Source of the DNA: Gammaproteobacteria bacterium | GTDB lineage: Bacteria; Pseudomonadota; Gammaproteobacteria; Ga0077536 | Reading direction: 5' to 3' | Length of the DNA: 64,000 nt | NCBI GenBank assembly: GCA_021773835.1 | Contig: JAJFJQ010000035.1 | Location: 109,781 to 173,780 of the forward strand | Shown: in pieces, positions 60,268 to 64,000 of the stretch | Numbering within the stretch: the stretch's first letter is position 1 | How the letters are laid out: every line of letters starts with the position of its first letter | Position numbers and translations under genes: made by a program | Notes under the pieces: generated by a model | What the model saw: only the letters and a program-made list of their open reading frames with translations | The model's database searches: none | What the model was told of the DNA's origin: nothing

Positions 60268-61593
60268 TTAGCGCTTAGCAGTCGTGGCGTTCTTGGCGCT
60301 TCTTGGTAGTTTAAGAAAACACAACATCACATGAACGTCTGGATAGTAGATATTGGGTTCTCGAAAGAAATCGATGTGACATCCAATTTCGGCGTTATTC
60401 CAGTGAGCGTCACCCTGAAGAATGCGCTTAAGCAGACGCGGATCCATTTCGCACCGCAGGTAAGGAGGCGTGTAGGTCGGGCTATCCCCTACCAATCGCC
60501 CTTCGGGCTTTGAAAAGGAAAATTCATAGGTGTCCTGTTGAAATGAGAGATAGATGTTGTAGTCCAACGTCCAGTTATTCTTTGTTTGAATGTCCCACAA
60601 TTGCGAACGCGCGAGCGGGAGGTTTGTCCGCAAAAATGTGGTGCACTCGCTCATGGGATCCGATTCGAAGGGGTACGGTATATCCAATAGGTTTTGTTCG
60701 ACGTATTCGTTTTGACCCGCCCAATCGGGTTGTACATACGCTCCGTTCGTGATCGATTTAGATTCGAAATCGAACACTTGACCTTCGCTCATGACCAGCG
60801 TCTTTTGCTTAGGTAGCTTGTTGGCGACGTACTCGGCGGCGCGATCCCAACTACAGGTTCCCAAACATTGATTCTTTTTCGCCTGACCACCTGCGAGAAC
60901 GAACGAACCAGCAAATGGCATCAGAAATTCCGGTGCTAATATCTCAGTCAATTCGGTGAGATATTCGAGGTTTCGATTTCGAATGCGGTCGGCTTCCTTC
61001 AGGCGATCGATTTCTGAAAAGTTCATGAAGCAGGTCGGAAACGGACTGGCCGCGTTATATTTCACGAGCGCCAATGTGAATCCTCCGTGCCGGTCTCGCA
61101 GACGACGGGCGCCATCCAGTGACGGGTTATTGTCATTCCCGTTGAAAAGAGAGCGCTTTCCCGCTTCAACAACCACTGAGCTATCGATGATATTGCCGAT
61201 CTCCGCCCGATGGAAAATGTCAGGCGCAAAAGGACCATACATGGTCAGTTCTAGTGGGCCGACTTTTTTCGTTTCTGAATCTTTAATCGGTACCAAGTTA
61301 GTGAAGCCGAGTGTATTTAGGAGTCTATGGAGAAAGTTTGCGCCGTGATCCAATACGATAATTGGAACATCTTTAGGGAAGGGGATTAGACTTGCAGGAT
61401 CGTAGTGATCTGGGTGAAGGTGGCTGATGTAAATTGCATCGACGCCAACCAAGTCCTCGGGTTTTGTCTTAATAGGAGGGTAGTGATACCACGACCCTTC
61501 AAACGCGCCGTCGGTGAGCCACGGGTCGGTTAGAATTCTATACCTGTCATACTCGATGATCGAGCAAGCGTTGTCGATGAACTGAAATTTCAA
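60268..61593 (-). CDS. MBL-fold (metallo-beta-lactamase superfamily) protein with uncharacterised C-terminal domain
   Basis: 441 aa. The N-terminal about 180 aa carry the HxHxDH motif (ISHLHPDHYD). The C-terminal about 250 aa have no motif I recognise. Confidence 0.55.
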   Translation of the reverse strand: MKFQFIDNACSIIEYDRYRILTDPWLTDGAFEGSWYHYPPIKTKPEDLVGVDAIYISHLHPDHYDPASLIPFPKDVPIIVLDHGANFLHRLLNTLGFTNLVPIKDSETKKVGPLELTMYGPFAPDIFHRAEIGNIIDSSVVVEAGKRSLFNGNDNNPSLDGARRLRDRHGGFTLALVKYNAASPFPTCFMNFSEIDRLKEADRIRNRNLEYLTELTEILAPEFLMPFAGSFVLAGGQAKKNQCLGTCSWDRAAEYVANKLPKQKTLVMSEGQVFDFESKSITNGAYVQPDWAGQNEYVEQNLLDIPYPFESDPMSECTTFLRTNLPLARSQLWDIQTKNNWTLDYNIYLSFQQDTYEFSFSKPEGRLVGDSPTYTPPYLRCEMDPRLLKRILQGDAHWNNAEIGCHIDFFREPNIYYPDVHVMLCFLKLPRSAKNATTAKR

Positions 61594-61675
61594 GCCCCCT
61601 CCCTCAACCAGTTTACAAGGTCCGCCCGGTCGTATCGTAGCCTACACCCGCGAGTAACAGAATTTCCATTAATGA

Positions 61676-62929
61676 CTAGAACACGCGGATTTCAGGGATC
61701 GCGGTTACAAATTTCGAATCCCACTCACGAATATAAGCGCAGCGTTGTTGGATTTCGTCAACGATATTCCATGGAAAAACTAGTAGATAATCTGGCTTCA
61801 ATTCCTCAATGACGGACGGCGGGGAAATAAAGATGTGATTGCCAGGTAAATACATGCCTTGTTTTGATGGCGCAGCGTCACAAATCGTTGATATCAAATC
61901 GGCCTTTACGCCAGCGAAGTTGAGTAATGTATTTCCTTTTGCCGCGGCGCCGTATCCTACGATGGTTTTGTTGGCCCGTTTTGCGTCCAACAGGAACTGT
62001 AGAAACTCAAATTTTATCGTGTCCACTCGTGATTGAAACCCAGTATAGGCGTCGATTGATTGAAGTCCACAACGCCGTTCTGTTTCGATAATTCGCCCAA
62101 TAGCAGGGGTTTCCACATGTGAAGCATCGGGTAAACAGCCGTAGATGCGTAAACTGCCGCCATGGGTGGCTAGTTCATCGACGTCGAATATCCGTAATCC
62201 GGCATTGGCAAAAATCAATTGAACGCTTGTTAAGCTGAGGTAAGAAAAATGCTCGTGATAAACGGTGTCAAATTGCATCCCGTCTATGAGCTTTAGCAAG
62301 TGTGGAAACTCTAATGTCACCACCCCATTTTCATTGAGGGTGGTTGCGATACCTTTGGCGAAATCTAATATGTCTGGTACATGCGCGAATACGTTGTTGC
62401 CGATCAACAGATCCGCGCCGCCTCGTGATTGAGCAAGTCCGCGCGCGAATTCCTCGCCAAAGAACTCTGTAATCGTTTCGACACCGAGCTTTCGCGCAGC
62501 TGCGGCCGTCGATTCAGTTGGCTCGATGCCGAGGCACGGTATACCTAGGTCGATAAAATTCCTTAGCAAGTATCCGTCGTTACTCGCAACCTCGATAACG
62601 TGATTGGACGAACTCAACTGAAGACGATCTACGATCATTCGGGAATAATCTCCAGCGTGTTTTAGCCAGCCAGACGATACCGACGAAAAGTACGCGTAAT
62701 CCGCGCTAAAGAGCTCGTTCGCCCGTGCGAAATCCTGAGTCTGAACTAACCAGCAGCCCTCGCATACATACAGCCTTAAAGGATAGTACAGTTCCGGTTC
62801 GTCGAGGGCCTGTACAGACAGATATGCGTTCGACGGTGGTGCGAACCCGAGATCTAGAAATTTTACAGTCAGTTGTTTTGAGCAATGCCGACATTGCGGT
62901 TGCAGTCCTTGTATGGACTCCGCCGTCAT
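61676..62929 (-). CDS. NDP-hexose C-methyltransferase-type enzyme (TylC3/NovU-like; zinc-binding N-terminus + class I MTase + C-terminal domain)
   Basis: 417 aa. Two N-terminal Cys pairs (CRHC..., CEGC...) then a class I fold (VIEVASNDG). This is the architecture of the sugar C-3 methyltransferases of deoxysugar pathways. Confidence 0.65.
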   Translation of the reverse strand: MTAESIQGLQPQCRHCSKQLTVKFLDLGFAPPSNAYLSVQALDEPELYYPLRLYVCEGCWLVQTQDFARANELFSADYAYFSSVSSGWLKHAGDYSRMIVDRLQLSSSNHVIEVASNDGYLLRNFIDLGIPCLGIEPTESTAAAARKLGVETITEFFGEEFARGLAQSRGGADLLIGNNVFAHVPDILDFAKGIATTLNENGVVTLEFPHLLKLIDGMQFDTVYHEHFSYLSLTSVQLIFANAGLRIFDVDELATHGGSLRIYGCLPDASHVETPAIGRIIETERRCGLQSIDAYTGFQSRVDTIKFEFLQFLLDAKRANKTIVGYGAAAKGNTLLNFAGVKADLISTICDAAPSKQGMYLPGNHIFISPPSVIEELKPDYLLVFPWNIVDEIQQRCAYIREWDSKFVTAIPEIRVF

Positions 62930-63477
62930 AAGGAAATTCCAGCAAAGTCCGCTTTGATTAGTGGATGAGATCGGTCGCGCTCAGACACGTTGGAAATTTC
63001 GATTGGCCATTCTATCGCTACACTCGGATCGTTATAGCGTACGCCACCTTCCGCGCCGGGATCGTAGTGGGCGGAATGTAAATATAGTAGTTCAGAATTA
63101 GGTTCTAAGGATTGAAATCCGTGGGCAAACCCTTGCGGAATTATCAATGCTAAATTGTCATCGGCCGATAATCGCTCCCCGTGCCAACGTAGCATACTGT
63201 TCGAATTAGAGCGAAGGTCTAGGGCAACGTCGAACACCGCGCCTCTAATACATCTTACAATTTTAATTTCTGAAGACGGGGGGTATTGGAAATGCAAGCC
63301 CCGAATGCTGCCAGGCGTTGTTGTCATCGAATGGTTAATTTGAACAATCGTCTTCCCATCTAGAACTTCCTGAAGCTCGCGGTCGCAAAATAGTCTATAG
63401 AAGCTACCCCGTTCATCAGAGATATAGTCCATTTCAAGTATTTGTAAATCCTGAATCGATGTAGTCTGAAAGTCCAT
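62926..63477 (-). CDS. RmlC-like cupin, NDP-4-keto-6-deoxyhexose 3,5-epimerase family
   Basis: 183 aa with an IRGLHFQ signature and overall dTDP-4-dehydrorhamnose-3,5-epimerase family blocks. Confidence 0.75.
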   Translation of the reverse strand: MDFQTTSIQDLQILEMDYISDERGSFYRLFCDRELQEVLDGKTIVQINHSMTTTPGSIRGLHFQYPPSSEIKIVRCIRGAVFDVALDLRSNSNSMLRWHGERLSADDNLALIIPQGFAHGFQSLEPNSELLYLHSAHYDPGAEGGVRYNDPSVAIEWPIEISNVSERDRSHPLIKADFAGISL

Positions 63478-64000
63478 TCAACCAGCGTACTCTCGTATTT
63501 GATCGCGACACAACAATTGCGCATTACTTCCACCGCGCTCATTCCCGTACCAGTCGCTGACTTTTTGAATTGTTTCGTCAATGTGCCATTTGGGATTCCA
63601 GCCGAGAAGCTTTTTTGCGTCGCTGCTATCGAGTTTCAGAATTGTAGCTTCGTGTACCCCAGGCTCAGGATTAACCGTCAATGTGCTTGATGTGCCGGAC
63701 AGATCCACTATGCGCTCGGCAACCCATTCTACAGTCCTAACGTCACGCTCATCTGGCCCGAAATTCCAGCTCCTATCGAATCCTTTTTTTCCCTGCCCCA
63801 AGTGCTCTGCCAACAATAGATACCCGGCAAGTGACTCAAGTACGTGTTGCCATGGACGTACTGAACTTGGGTTTCGAAGAACGATGTCTTCGCCTCGTTC
63901 AATCGCTCTCATCAAATCGGGAAGTAGACGGTTAGGAGACCAGTCACCCCCTCCAACCACGTTGCCTGCACGTGCAGTCGCTATTAGTGTATTTTTTCTC
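63478..64000 (-). CDS. CDP-glucose 4,6-dehydratase-like SDR (C-terminal part; 5' end beyond window)
   Basis: The C-terminal 160 aa include SVRPWQHVLESLAGYLLL, characteristic of CDP-glucose 4,6-dehydratase (DdhB/RfbG). No stop separates the reading frame from the window edge. Confidence 0.65.
   Translation of the reverse strand, partial: RKNTLIATARAGNVVGGGDWSPNRLLPDLMRAIERGEDIVLRNPSSVRPWQHVLESLAGYLLLAEHLGQGKKGFDRSWNFGPDERDVRTVEWVAERIVDLSGTSSTLTVNPEPGVHEATILKLDSSDAKKLLGWNPKWHIDETIQKVSDWYGNERGGSNAQLLCRDQIREYAG

Noticed and set aside
1-64000. Scan for tRNA/rRNA genes, CRISPR repeats, IS/transposase/integrase genes, phage genes.
   Set aside because: None recognised by eye. There is no T-loop-like GTTCGAATC in intergenic DNA, no regularly spaced direct repeats, and no DDE/tyrosine-recombinase-like ORFs. 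The glycan island therefore has no visible mobility genes inside this window.

Overview
This 64-kb window looks like a proteobacterial (gamma/beta-like) chromosomal segment. Gene order resembles the Pseudomonas PA4400-4421 and PA4525-4547 neighbourhoods, here collapsed together.

(1) 1-18.1 kb, + strand: distal half of the dcw division/cell-wall cluster, tightly packed and partly translationally coupled. Order is mraY (5' truncated by the window edge), murD, ftsW, murG, murC, murB, ddl, ftsQ, ftsA, ftsZ, lpxC. Next come a DUF721 (DciA-like) gene on the opposite strand, an M23 peptidase, secA (no secM), argJ, and a Nudix-TenI fusion (MutT-like).

(2) 19.1-24.6 kb, - strand: zapD, coaE, pilD, pilC, pilB. 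No pilin gene is adjacent.

(3) 24.9-35.5 kb, housekeeping: clpB with a clear sigma32-type promoter, glutamate dehydrogenase, pgeF/yfiH, rluD, bamD, nadE, sucD, sucC.

(4) 35.8-48.3 kb, accessory-looking:
- a small TM + zinc-ribbon protein and a membrane-anchored SGNH hydrolase;
- pilS and pilR;
- a sigma54 promoter with upstream repeats, followed by pilA (type IVa pilin) and a strong intrinsic terminator;
- two tandem paralogous GT-C-fold/TPR glycosyltransferases (TfpW/PMT-like);
- a 980-aa polytopic-membrane/spermidine-synthase-like fusion.

(5) 48.3-64 kb: a visibly more AT-rich glycan-biosynthesis island. It holds two epimerase_2 paralogues (one wecB-like), GT4 and GT2 transferases, a Wzx flippase, a DegT-type aminotransferase, a NeuD/PglD-type acetyltransferase and four different predicted SAM methyltransferases. 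It also holds an MBL-fold protein with an unknown C-terminal domain, an RmlC-like 3,5-epimerase and the 3' part of a CDP-glucose 4,6-dehydratase that runs off the window. No Wzy, Wzz or initiating transferase is seen inside the window.

No rRNA, tRNA, CRISPR, transposase or integrase was recognised. The most interesting hypothesis is a pilin-linked glycosylation system: pilA, tandem GT-C/TPR transferases, the unusual fusion protein, and a methyl-rich sugar island.
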